Source: Paraspadella gotoi (Eukaryota; Animalia; Chaetognatha). Taken from it: a DNA stretch of 64,000 nucleotides. Made by a program: the position numbers and the translations under genes. The DNA lies in NCBI GenBank assembly GCA_051294375.1, contig CM119271.1, positions 11,335,434 to 11,399,433 on the forward strand, read 5' to 3'. Each line of letters starts with the position of its first letter. Positions within the stretch are counted from its first letter, which is position 1. The notes below the pieces were generated by a model that saw only the letters and a list, made by a program, of their open reading frames with translations, was not told the origin of the DNA and made no database searches. Below are positions 51,478 through 64,000 of the stretch, piece by piece.

Positions 51478-54400
51478 ATGTAAATAAGAATTTAAATCTA
51501 AATCTAAATCTGAATCTAGATTTGAAAACGCATTTGCAGTAGAGCAAAATCTAAATATGAATCTAAAACTAAATTTACGCATTTGCAATAAAGCTAAATA
51601 TAAATCCTATTCTAAAAATTAAGATAAAAATTTGCAGTTGAGTAAATCTGAATGAAAAACTTAATCTAGATTTAAAAACGTATTCACAATATATCTATGT
51701 TTAATTAGAATCTAAATCTAGATTAATATATGCATTTGCAGTAGATCTAAATCAGAATCTAAATCTAGATATAAAAACTTATCTCAATAAAAATCTATAT
51801 TTAGATCAATATCGGATTCTAAAATCCAGTTATAATGCCAATCTAGATTTAATTCTGGATCCAACTCTATAATTCTGATCTACTAACTCTAAAAACTCTA
51901 AAAACTTTAAACTTAAAAAAAAAAAAATTTAAAATTTAAACTACTGCAAGTTTTTTTATACTTTTCGAAGGGCATTCTAGAGCCTGTGGATGAAAAAAAA
52001 TTAACGTATTTCAAAAATTAGTTCTTAGTTTGTTTTTTTTTTCATTATTATTATTTTTATAAAGCCCGCCACTCACATTTGGCACTACTACTACTAAAAC
52101 GGAAAATTATATTTAAAGGGCGAGTCGGAATTATAAATACTAAATAAGTATTTTATTTTCAATAAATATTTCAAGGACAATGAATTATTTATTTCCCTTT
52201 TTTTTTGTCCAAAATTCCGCTCAAGTGCCGTCCCTACTAGTCCTCGTAATCTTAATTAATTTTACTACAAGTACTTCCTTTCCTACCAGTTGGTACGAAA
52301 TTATTTTCTAAAGATCTCAAATTCGCTCAAGACCGAGATTCGCTGCTTCTTTGTGTGCGTCGTTGCATCTTTTTAAAGGGATAATTTTCGCCGCTAGAAA
52401 AAATTCGCTCATAACTCATTGATTCCATTACATTTACAAATAAATAACCAAAACCCAAAACAAAAGGTTATTAACTTCATTTTGGGGTAAGGATCAATAG
52501 AACTTAAGATTTACTACCATCTTTTAAACTTGAAATTTGTTTTTTTTTTCAAGTATTAATCCAATCTAATATTTAATTATGATACAATATGATTAATATA
52601 GTTTCATTGGGACGTACCCGTTTAATGAAGTGTTTTTGTATTCATTAGCGACAAGGAGAACGCCGATTTAATGGCACTCCCTGAATATTCGTGTCGATGT
52701 ATTTATTAACCTCAACTGACATTTTTGACAAATTTATTGATGAAATTTTCACAAAATCCTCGGCCGCCATGAAAAGTCATTGTTAAAAAAAAAATTGGGC
52801 GAGGTATATCGTAGTTGTATTTATTCCAGGATGATTACATTGGATTTATAAATATTTTTGAGAAAAAAAAAACCATCCCCTCCAAAAAAAATTAAAAAAA
52901 AAGGAAGAAAATACTTTCTATAGAGATACTTTCAATAGTAATATCAAAAGTCTACATAAGGAAATATGAACTTTTTTTTTCTTCATTTTTTTTTTTTTTT
53001 TTTTTTGAAGAAAAATAAATTGTCATTTTCAGTTTTATGACAATGTAGTACTTGCGATATTCCATCTTCAGCACGATTTGTTTGAAATTGGTTCATATGA
53101 AGACACTTTTGAAAATCAGTACAAATGAATAACATTGAAAAACGTATTATGTGAAGAGAACAACAGTGAAAAAGCTCAGCTCAGCTCAGCTCATCTCATT
53201 CTTCACAAACTTACCGCTCATATTTTTCCCCATTTATTACCCTCGGTACCACGTAGTACAATCCATACAACTTTTTTTACTGTTGAGAAAGGCAAAAAAA
53301 GAAAAAAAAAGACAAAAAAGATGATCATATTTTAGCGATTCATATGTTCGCCACAATATACGAGAAACAACTTTTTGTTCCGTTTTTTGTTGCATCTATG
53401 ACAACGAGAAACGACCCGTGGTCCGACCGGCGCAATTTCAGGGAGAGAGATTGTTAACGAAATAATTTTTTTTTTACATCGATGACCAAACGCGGAACAC
53501 ATTTTTTTTATTTTTGAGCGAATAAAAGAAAAAAAAGTTCTTCCCAGTTTTGCTCGCCATCGTTTTCATGCGCTTTTTTCTTTTTCCTGAAACCTCAAAT
53601 ATTTTTTTTTTTAATTGAGGCAGATTGATTAATGATTATACGACACTTTCCGGTTTATTGGATCGAATGAGTGTGAACACTTTTTTTTTAAAGTCTATCG
53701 AGGAAATAAACTGACAAACGTCTCCAATGTGATTTGATGTGATTTGACAGAAAGGTTCCCCAAATCACGAATGAATTTATCCGTTTTTGGCCACTATTTT
53801 TTTTTTTTTTTTTTTGAAAGAATCACATCTCGAATCCAGCATCTGAAATCGTTGTCTCTGATCATTACCTCTAACCCTAATCACCTTAATCCACAACTGA
53901 TTCCCGAATTTAATCCAAAACCCTGATCCCAAAACCCTTTATATTTCGTCTCTCTCTTTTCCAAAAGCGCCCCATTTCTGTTTCTTAATTCCTGAACTTA
54001 ATCTTAATTATAATATTTAACCGTAATCTATTAACTAACTTATATCCCAATTTTTAACCATAGTTCCTAGCGCTAACCTATTCCTTAACCCTTAACCTAT
54101 TCCTTAATCTTAATCCTTAATACCTAATATTAGAAATCTACTATGAAATTAAATTCAATAGGGGCGGGGGTTCAAAACTTTAGTCTTGAACTCTACTTTC
54201 AGGTAAAAAAAGTTATTTTTTTAAAAAGTTCGATTTAAATGCTTTTATTGTTGCTATTAAAATTACAATATTACTATATAATGATAAAAAATTGTTTTAA
54301 TCTAAAAATCTTTTTAGATGGATTCTGATAGAGCATAAAAAGTTAAATAAAAATATAACTACAACTTTCAAAGATTCTTATGTTTTCTTGGTGAAAATTA

Positions 54401-57400
54401 AGAAAAAGTAATAAAATTATCGAAAGATGATGATGATGATGATGATGATGATTATAAATAGTTTTTCATATTTTTCACCCACTTATGATCAAAATATCGA
54501 AAAAAGAATTATACTTTGTGTACACAACTTTTTGCAATCTACCTATCTTATCTTAAAATTAAAAAAATCCTAAAAAAATTTTTAGCCCTTCCTATTTATA
54601 AATACATATTAAAAAATTAATATATGGGGTACGAAGTAGTATTAAAATTTTTTGTCTATTCAATTTTTTTAAAAAATGTTTAAATTTTCGTTTGAGCAGG
54701 TGCTTGATTCAAATTTCTTAACCACCTTACAGAGTTAGGCTACTCCTACTAATATAATCATTTACCCCTTAACCTTATTCTTTAACCCATAACCTATTCC
54801 TTAATCTTAATCCTACCTAATCTAATCCTTAACCCTCTCACCCAATTTTTCTAATTTTAAAAATAACCTAATTCAAAGTTTAAGGGATATGGCGACGTTT
54901 TGGAGAAAATTAAGCCCAAAACATTTTTTTTTCCCCAACATTTCAGATCGACTCGATTTGTTTTTTCCTCAGCGAGACGTCGATCCCTCTCGAACCGTTG
55001 TTTAACTCTTGGCAATCATTTTTATTTCTTTCAGCTGTCGGTGCTAATGTTATCTTATGACACTTGAATTCAAAGCAATTTTTGGTGTTACTCTTTGAAA
55101 ATAATACTCATTTACAACGTTGATCTTGAGCTCCCGGTTACCGAGGATTAATTGCGAAAAACAAAAAAAAAAAGAAAAACCTCGCCGAAAATATATATCG
55201 CGCATATTATAATTAGTTTGTTATGGAATAAAATACCTTCGATATATAATATGCCGAGACATAATCTGTTGTTTCATTTTATTGTATTCCAGCCTCATAC
55301 GCAGCATTCCATTCCGGTTGTTGTTGTTGTTACAAACACATATTTAGGCACAACAACTTGTTTTGCTCCGCCAGTATACGTTGTTTAGTAGGTGGTGTTA
55401 TATTATTGATTGTTATAGGTATTAGGTACGTGACGTGATTCTGACTCTTTTTCGACAGATGAGAGAAGTAGAATTTTTTGCTTCGGCACAACTCTTTTTT
55501 TGGGGGGGCATTTATTATCTTAGTACGGATATGGTTAAAGCATATCAACTATTTATAATTTCTTAAGCTTGTTTTTTATGAAGTTTTTAAATATTTTTTT
55601 TATTTTTATATTTTTTTTTAGTAAACAGTTTGAAAATGCTAAATTAATTTCAACAGATGATTAAGTAAACATTATACAATATTTCAACAGAAAAAGTACT
55701 TTCATCTTTGCTTTTTGGTTCAATAAAGCGCAAGTGCATGCCAACAAAATTGACCGACAAACATTTTGAACATCTTTGGAGAATGTTAAAGGCTGAAAAA
55801 TCCTAGGAGAATTAATATGGCAACAGGTCAGAGGTTCCAAATTGTTTCATCACAGATTGACATAAAACAATTTGAATAAAGCATTTTTCCTTCCTTATGA
55901 AAAAAGTGGGGTTTCACAGAAGATTATTTCAATTATATTAATTATATAAAATTTAAAAAAAATTTTAAACTATGTATAAACGATATTTCTGAAAAGAAAT
56001 AAAAACAAGCAATACAAGTATATTTGTAAAATATGAACATAATTGTTTTATTTAGATTATTTTTGGTATTAATCTACCTTTTTAGACACTAATGTACGCA
56101 ACTTTGTGATAGTTCAGAATATATATTTTTTTTAAAATTATTTCCTGAAGAATTTAAGTATAAAATACAATCTATCAGTTTTGCATTAGTTTATCTAAAA
56201 TCTTAGATATTTATACTAGAATTAATAAGGATTGCTCCACTTGAATTCTAAGAGAAGTCATTCGGTTTAAATCTACTAGACATCCTGTAGTAATACCGTT
56301 TATAAAATTGATTTAACAAGTAATGTCTTGTAAACTTACTCATTTAATGTGGCACTTTCTGGTACTCAATATTTAACATGTATACAAAAATGAATCTCCA
56401 GTAAGGTCATTAATATCTTTCCTTATAGTTTTTAGTGTAATTTCGGTTTTAAAAGAAAAGAAATTATTCTATTCCATTAAATTTGCATGCACACGTGATA
56501 AATTGTTTCATTGTTCAGTGTACTAAATAAGTAATGTTATAACTTATGAAGTCTCATCTGTAGTCAAATTGTGGTTTTTGTGATTTTGGTATTACTTTCC
56601 ACAGACAACTTTGTCATCCATTATTTGTCTTTGTCCAAAACTGAAATTTTTTTATTTAATTGCGGAGGTAAACCGTAACTTATTTTTGAATTTGTATTGA
56701 AATAAACCATTTTTTTGAATGTTTTGGCTTACTTTTTTTTAAATCCTGGAGTCCAGTTAATTCTTAAGTGAGGTCTAGATACAGGTGGGACTATAGATAC
56801 TGCAAATTTTATAGTTGTAAGTACCAAAATATATAAACAAATGAGGCGACTTACCACTGGTCTACACAAAACTCATTATTAGAAATGTTAATAGAAGTAC
56901 CAGTTCAAAATTCAATGCAGAATCTGGTAAAATTTAGCTTTTAATTTTACTTATTGAGACCATGAGACCTACATCTTCGTAAATGTTAAATCTCGGAACT
57001 TGAATTGTAAAATTAAGTGTTGGAAGCGTGAGTTGTACTGAAGGGTTGTGGCGTAGTAAAAGAAAATTATCCAATCGATGAATAAAAATAATTAATAATT
57101 AAATAAAAATAATAGACACTCAGCTCCTCAACAGCTTTATTATTATTTATTCCTACTCCATCTGCATTAGGTTAAAAAAGAAAGAAAATCTGTTGTCAGT
57201 CGTGGTAAATAAATACTTTATTTAACAACAAACACTCATGACATTTTTGTAAAATATTTCTTCATTTCCTTTATACGGGAATCACGAAAAAATGTTTGAA
57301 TATTACTTAGTTTTGGTATTGTAGTACTGCTTAACGGTAAAAATATAAAGTATATTAATTTTTTATACTATCAGTATTACCAACATGTTTGTAGGTTTTA

Positions 57401-58795
57401 AGATTTATCTAAAGTTATGGAACGTACAATCATCTTGAAAGCTAAATACAAATTATAAAGGTTTAACAAAGTATTTTTATAATGAAAGAAAATGCGAGAT
57501 TATAACGGCAAGAGCTAATTTTTATTTAAAAAAACGAAATCTCAAGGTACCTAACATTACATTTTGTAGCGTATTTATGAACGTTAATGGCTCATTTCAC
57601 GAACACAATTATTAGGAGTTACAATTTCCACAAGCACAGTTATTACCACAAATTTTGATATGTCTTAATTTTAATCTTTAATCTTAATTTTAGCCTATTT
57701 AGACAATATTTAGTTTAGTTTTGGCCAACGATATTTTGAATTTTTAGGAAATCTTATCAAACGTTTTCATTTAAAATTTAACCCATGCTGGGTATATAGA
57801 TATGTAGATATAACTACATTGGCCATACCAGTTGGTTTACGTGAAAAAGCAAATGAAATATTGTATATTCAATTAATAAAAAAACCAAATAACGATATTC
57901 CACTCCACAGAAAGTTTTATATTTTTATGCGTGATCTACAGGTTAGTCGGCTAAAAAAATATATTGCCATCTTTCTTACTTAAAAAAACAAACCAACAAA
58001 AAGCTTGGTTTTCTGAATGAAAACTATATTTGACAATAAAATATTTAGTAACAAATTGTGATTTTCAGGTACACATCCAACAAGAAAAAGAGATATCCAT
58101 TTGTTAATATAAATTAGCTTAAGCAATTTTATTTAATGTCATTAAAATAAAGCTAAAATTACCTTAATTGAAAAAATATTTTTAATATTCATACATTCTA
58201 GATCTCCTAAAATGAATTTGGGTTTTAAAAAGGGTTAAATGTATTACTTAATCAGTGGTTTTGAAAAACAGAACATTTTTGGTGGAGATATATGAATTTT
58301 TTAGATCCCTATCTAGGTTTGGAAAAAAATATGAGACCTAACTCGGTTAAATAGATGTATAGTTATCTCAAACTTATTCCTTTGATGCTTCCAAACAAAA
58401 TTAAAATCATATCTCGTTAAAAGTTTTATAAGTTATTTGTGCCTTCAATAGTGATACAAACCCAAATGTTTTTTTGTTTTTTTGTTTTACAATCAGTATC
58501 AAAAGTAAAACTCTAAATAGTGTAGGCTAAGATGTCTTTTTAAAAAATTGCAAAATATATGTATATATAAATAAAATCGTATATATCTACTAGATTTCTA
58601 GTGCGTTATTACAAACGAGCGAAAGAGACTTGGTATTCGGTTAGGCCGGTACAAAATAAATGAAATATAACTTAAAAAAAGATATGCACAGTTCAATCGT
58701 CCAATCGTCAAAAAAAAAAAAAAAAAAACTTGTTGCATATATATTTCTTCTTTTTCTCTCTCGCGATCTTCAAAAAAAAAATAATGGAGTAGGAT

Positions 58796-58867
58796 GATCC
58801 TTTTGTCCGAGAAGGGATCAGCTTTTGTTCGAGAAGGGATCAGCTTTTGTCCGAGAAGGGATCAGCT
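58796..58867. repeat. 22-bp tandem triplication overlapping the synapsin stop codon
   Basis: cttttgtccgagaagggatcag at 58800, 58822 and 58844. Confidence 0.95.
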
Positions 58868-59001
58868 TCGCACGTCACCGAAAATCCCGGCGAACGTTTT
58901 TCTCAAATTCTTCATGGTATCAGGCTCTCCGTTGAGATCTCCGTGTTCTCTCGTCTCGTCCGAGGTTTGAGATCGAGGACCCAACTTCGGTCGGGGATTT
59001 T
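58862..59001 (-). CDS. Syn: Synapsin last exon (domain E)
   Basis: [45 protein letters not shown]; ttcag acceptor. Confidence 0.92.
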
Positions 59002-59931
59002 CTGAAGGAGAAAAAAAAAGAATGAAAGGTTTATAATTATATATAAATTTATAAATTATATTCCAATACTGAGTTGCGCCGTTTTATGTATGTTTGACAC
59101 GCGCTGCATCGGATCGCAGTCTTTATTCATTTATATACTCTATACATTTTTTTTGGAAAAAAAAAACAAACAAAAGGTACCGCTAGCAGTCACTTAGTTT
59201 AGGGTCATCGAGAATAACAAAATAGCAACAAATTTAAGACACATTAAATAGAGATGGATAGAGATAAATTTTGTGTCATGTGATCGCCTTTTTTAGCTGA
59301 TCACGTGACTTCACAAGTATACATGAACGTTAAAGGACTTATGTTACCTTTCTTACATACCAAATATGAACTGAGTTATGAGCATTTTTCAAATAAGTAA
59401 GACGGATAAATAGAAAGCTATCTTTCTATTGGACTGTCCCGAAAGGTGACACCACCCACCCCCCCCTATCTCCCCTCCCCCAATTACCCCGTCTTTCCAG
59501 CGTCTAAGTTCGAGCTGGATCCAGGTCTTGGGGGAGGCGTCGGCGCCGCCGCTCCGGCTGCGGAGGGCATCGACGGAATGCTGCTGCTGCTGGGAGATCG
59601 TCCGGGAATCGGCGGCGGTCCCGGTGGCGGCCCTGAAGTTGATTGATCGATTGATTGATTTATAGGATTAGATGGTTTAATACATTTTAATACAATTTCA
59701 TAGCTTTGAAATATTGTTCGCGATGTGGATTAACCAAAGGAGACTGACCCCCCCCCAACGACTGAGAGGCTGACCCTCACCCCCGTATCCTTACCCTTGT
59801 AGCTTACCTTGTCCCAGCGGAGCGGGTTTCGTGGGGTGAGGATTTTGAGAATTAATTTCGGACGTCGGGTGAGGGAGAACCCTTCGAGAGGCGTTGCTAC
59901 CTGCTGAGTTTAAAGTAACTTGATAGATAGA

Positions 59932-60004
<73 letters not shown>

Positions 60005-63000
60005 AAGATAAGATTTATTGATTGATTCTTTCATTCATTCATTGTTTCATTCATTCATTCATTCAATGACCCTCTCATTCTTTCATTCCATTCTACCCTC
60101 ATTCATTCATTCCCCCTCATTCATTCATTCAATCCTTTCCTCATTCATTCATTTATTCAATCAATGACCCCCATCATTCTTCATTCCACTTTTCACTTAT
60201 TCATTCATTCAATCCCCCCCTCATTCATTCATTTATTCATTAAATCATCATTCTTTCTTTCATTCATTCAATCACACCCCCTTTATTCTTTCATTCCCTC
60301 CTTCCCTCATTCATTCATTCAATCCTTTCCTCATTCACTCATTCATCCCTTCATCCCTTCCCTCATTCACTCATTCCCCCCCAGCGACCCCTACCAGATT
60401 CCGTCGAGGGCGAATTGACGCCGTAATTCCCTCCTTGACCGGCGTCGCCCAAAGCGGCGACGCCCCCGTTCATCATCGGCGCCGGATTCGTCGGCGCCGG
60501 GACGACGTTCGGTTTCAAGATTTGACCCATTCGCGCGATCACTGGGCCCCGAAATGGGGAAAGAATTTCTTATTTTGTGGTTTAAAAAGTTTATAAAAGA
60601 AAATATATAAGTCTTAAACAAAAATTCTTGCATTAAGTTAGCTTAAAATTACCAAAAACTACACTTTTTATATCAAAATTTAATTATAGGGTAATTATAT
60701 CAGTTTTTTTAGAACTTTGAACAACTTAATGAACTAATTTTTAAAAAAAGAGTTATATTCCCTTTCATCACCTTTTCCTGAGAAATTCCAATGTGCTTTT
60801 AAAACTAAAAAAAAAAAACATTTGAAAATTTTGACATTCTCTTCGGTGAGTACTATTGATAAATATGGGCTAAAGCGAAAATTAAGATTTTTTTTTATAT
60901 ATCAATGTTCAACTATTCGAACATGACAACGATCAAAATGATCCTTGATCAACGATCAAACTATTCGAATTTTGATTGACAACATTTTCATTTCGCTCAC
61001 CCAAATCAGCGATTTGTCTCCGGTCCTCTTTTGGCGTTTCTCCCATCAACGTCATGGCGCAATCGTCTGCCTCAATGATGTATTCTTTGCCGTCTTTGCC
61101 GACGACGGCCTCCACGGCGCAAATGTCGAGGCCCGTAGATTTTGGAGGCCTCGTCCACCCAGGCCTTGTATCTTTGGAGGCGGGGGGTGGAAGGGGGGGG
61201 GGGCAAAGAAAGAAAGGGGGGGAAAGAGGAAAAAATATTTTTTTTATGTGTCAAAACTATGATGGTAGGTACGATGAAGGAACACCAGTGCGCTATTACG
61301 GCGCTGATGGATGGAACAGTCGTATCCGACGGGTAGTGATATACTACACCACTACTCGTCATTAATTTTCTTCGTGATTATTTTGTTAAATTAATTTGTA
61401 AATTAATTAATTAATTAATTAATCGGAATTAGAGATGCTCCTTCCCGTATTTCGATGCTTCAATTTGAGCCGCATTAAATTTTGGGTCACGTGATCGCTT
61501 CTTAAGGCGATCGCGTGACTTCACAAGTATGATATATATATATATGTTAATGTATATATGCTCGTTAAAGGTCTGACGTTACCTTTCCTTCATACTCAAT
61601 ATGAACTAGATTGATGGACAAGACATACCGACCGACCGACCAAACCGACCGGCTAAATAAACTGACTTGTCGGTGGTGGCGATTTGTTCCAACATGGCCG
61701 ACCCTTGATTGGCCTTCCAACAGCCCGACATGGATTTCCTCATGAACGATTTGTAGTTAGGACCGATTTTTTGAACGTGCACATCGTACTTTCCGTCGAC
61801 GTAAGGTTCTGAGGTTGCATAGGTGTTTGCAAGTGCGACAACGGAAGCAACGTCCTGCATTAAATCATAATTTATTACTAATTTATTACTATTACTATTT
61901 ACTAATACAGTGTATCTTTGACTGGATATAAAAATAAGGGCGCTCTTTTCGGGAAGCGCCCCGTTTCTGTTGGTTTATCCAAGGATTTGAGTTTAATCTT
62001 GATATTTAACCTCAATGTATGTACTTGAACGTATAACCTAATTTATAACCCTAAACATTAATATAACATAATCATGAACCTTATCGCTAAACCATAAAAG
62101 ATAAAACCATTATCCCTAAATTGTAACCCTAACCTCTAACCATAAATTCTAATCCTAACCAAATCCCTAACTTTAATCACTAACCTAATCACTTATCAGT
62201 AACCCTATTCCTTAACCTTAAACCTAATCTTTAATTGAATAAAAAAAATTAACCCAATTCCGAATTTAAGATGAAACTGGTAAATAAGTACGCAACGTCC
62301 TCAGATACCCGTTCCTTCCCTCGCTTTTCGTAGTGACATCCCCCCCCCCTTCAACCTGAAAGTCGCTGGCGTTTTCCACTTTGACTTTTCCCTTTCCCCC
62401 GTGCGCGTGGCCGATTTTCACCACCACAGGCAATTTTGGATTTTGGTTCATTTGGGTTGAGTCCGCGTAAAAGGTTTGGTTGATGAGTGGGAAATTGTTC
62501 CTTCCGAGCCGTCTCCTGATCTTGGCTGAAATAAAGTTGTATAAATAAAATAAATAAACAAATAAATAAATAAAAAAACCAACTCAATTTCGCGCTAATG
62601 ACGGACATATTAGCCGAAACGTTTTCTTTTGAAAATAAATAAATTACGTTGTCTGTAAACAAAACAAAACGCTGTCATTGATCCTAAATTTTAAACGCAA
62701 CGAAAAGTAAAGTCCGAAATAAATAAATAAATAAATAAAAATAAAAGAATAAATTAGTAAAGGAATAAAATAATACTATTAACTATTTATTTACCTAATT
62801 CCGCAAACATGAACCCTAAGGTTTGTCCATGAAATTAATAATTTGATGCTAAGGAGTTGACGCTGGGAACTCCGCCCATCTGTAAACCTGAATTTAAAAG
62901 TATTCATACAATTATTTTATTGAGCGGTTTTCTTTGTATAATTCAGTAGCCAAAAACCATTCTTTTGAAACAAAACATGAAAACAAAACATATCAATAAT

Positions 63001-63747
63001 TTCGCGAAATAATGTTTTTTTGTGTGTGTGTGTTTCCCTTCTCAATTCTATTTATTTTTTTTTTTTACAATGTTGCAGATGTAGTATGTCACTGCATCAA
63101 AACAAAATGAACTTCACATATTAGTCCAAATTTGTTTTTATATGTTATCTGACTTAAATAAACTACAAAAAATCCTAGAAAAGATATAATTTTAGTAATT
63201 TTCGGATTTGTCTTACTAGCGTCATCAAAAGAAAAATTTTGTCCTTAATCAAGATATTATTATGCATATAATTATATTTATTAGGGCGGAAGACTAAGTG
63301 ACTCTTACGTTAACTCACCCAAAATGATCTTCTTATAGTTACTTCCGGCATCGACCGGATGTTGCCGGATCAAAACGAAGTCTGGCCGGAACGATCTGGC
63401 GGAATTGCCTCTGGTGGGGGAGATGTCGACCAGGCAGCGGTTTTCGGGAGTCGAAATCACCGTGATTTCTGTGAATTCCGCCTGTTCGACTCGGATGTCC
63501 AATCTGTTGAATTTAGTTGTATTCATGAATGAACATTTCTAAATATTAGAAATAACACAATTTTACAATTTTTTTTTCATTTACCTCCAAACAACTTTTT
63601 CTTATCGCTCAAAGTATTTGGTCCAGTCCGTATGTCTTTCGTCGATGACAAACAGACATTTGCATTTGTCTTTGTTGTAAAAAGTTTGGCTTCTCGCTTG
63701 ATTGGCCGCCGCAGAGATTCCGCTCTTGATGGCGCTGGCGAAAGCTC
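58862..63747 (-). CDS. Syn: Synapsin gene, 3' ten exons (5' end outside the window)
   Basis: Exons 63585-63747, 63319-63503, 62795-62887, 62356-62525, 61667-61854, 61001-61171, 60395-60541, 59808-59900, 59488-59632, 58862-59001. C domain motifs [87 protein letters not shown]. Pro-rich linker, then E domain [19 protein letters not shown]. Several small indels. Confidence 0.95.
59268..59395 (+). mobile_element. Second hairpin-terminated (HINE-like) repeat family (copy at 61480-61610)
   Basis: A ttttg.gtcacgtgatcgc-loop-gcgatcgcgtgacttcacaagtat...cgttaaagg...gttacctttc layout is shared by two synapsin introns. Confidence 0.65.
59488..59632 (-). CDS. Syn: Synapsin Pro-rich exon
   Basis: [47 protein letters not shown]; ttcag acceptor, gtaatt donor. 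Confidence 0.85.
59808..59900 (-). CDS. Syn: Synapsin linker exon
   Basis: [30 protein letters not shown]; cag acceptor, gtaag donor; phases fit its neighbours. Confidence 0.8.
60395..60541 (-). CDS. Syn: Synapsin exon (end of C domain)
   Basis: [27 protein letters not shown]... Confidence 0.85.
61001..61171 (-). CDS. Syn: Synapsin C-domain exon
   Basis: [12 protein letters not shown][frameshift][44 protein letters not shown]. Confidence 0.92.
61667..61854 (-). CDS. Syn: Synapsin C-domain exon
   Basis: [62 protein letters not shown]. Confidence 0.95.
61936..62260 (+). mobile_element. MITE-like repeat with a degenerate (TAACCC)n interior (related at 53960-54130, 54760-54900, 48700-48830)
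   Basis: A gggcgct...agcgccc hairpin plus cgtttctg, then a telomere-like tract. The same aagcgccccatttctg start occurs at ~53965. Confidence 0.55.
62356..62525 (-). CDS. Syn: Synapsin C-domain exon
   Basis: [56 protein letters not shown]. Confidence 0.95.
62795..62887 (-). CDS. Syn: Synapsin C-domain exon (with indels)
   Basis: [14 protein letters not shown]...NFMDKP...MFAEL. Confidence 0.85.
63319..63503 (-). CDS. Syn: Synapsin C-domain exon
   Basis: [61 protein letters not shown]. Confidence 0.95.
63585..63747 (-). CDS. Syn: Synapsin B/C-domain exon
   Basis: [45 protein letters not shown]...KKLFG. Confidence 0.9.
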
Positions 63748-64000
63748 CTGGAAACAAATGACATCCTCGTCGTCATCGTTGTTGTCATTATCATAATCAT
63801 CAATCATTCATAATCAATCAATCAATCAATTCATAATCATCATTATCATAGTCATCATCATCATCATCAATACCATCATCCTCAAACATTAAGCTATTCG
63901 TCATTGTTTTGGACAAGTTTGTTTGTACAAGTTCTCCAGTCTCGGCATGTCAATCGCCATGATAATAAAGCATAATATAATATGTATGTACATAATGACC

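Overview
AT-rich, microsatellite-laden eukaryotic (invertebrate animal) genomic window from a noisy assembly, with N-gaps, indel errors, a ~6 kb direct duplication and fold-back palindromes. Two conserved multi-exon genes are convergent. An hnRNP Q/R (SYNCRIP/Syp) gene lies on + (12 coding exons, 25752-51477). The 3' ten exons of a synapsin gene lie on - (58862-63747; the 5' end is outside the window). A KLHDC1/2-like kelch gene is present twice in error-ridden copies (~3.1-5.9 kb and ~13.2-15.6 kb). The introns hold Helentron-associated (HINE/DINE-1-like) elements, MITEs, satellites and LTR relics. The main find is a ~250-bp non-coding LTR present four times, each copy carrying a P5-type twister ribozyme motif on the minus strand. 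One locus (47733-48472) is a complete ~740-bp LTR-internal-LTR element with a PBS-like site, and another is a solo LTR with a 4-bp TSD. Together they suggest an animal 'twister LTR-retrozyme' predicted to release a ~487-nt RNA that could circularise. A second unexplained, densely base-paired island lies at 32836-32992. All calls are by eye; no database searches or folding programs were run.
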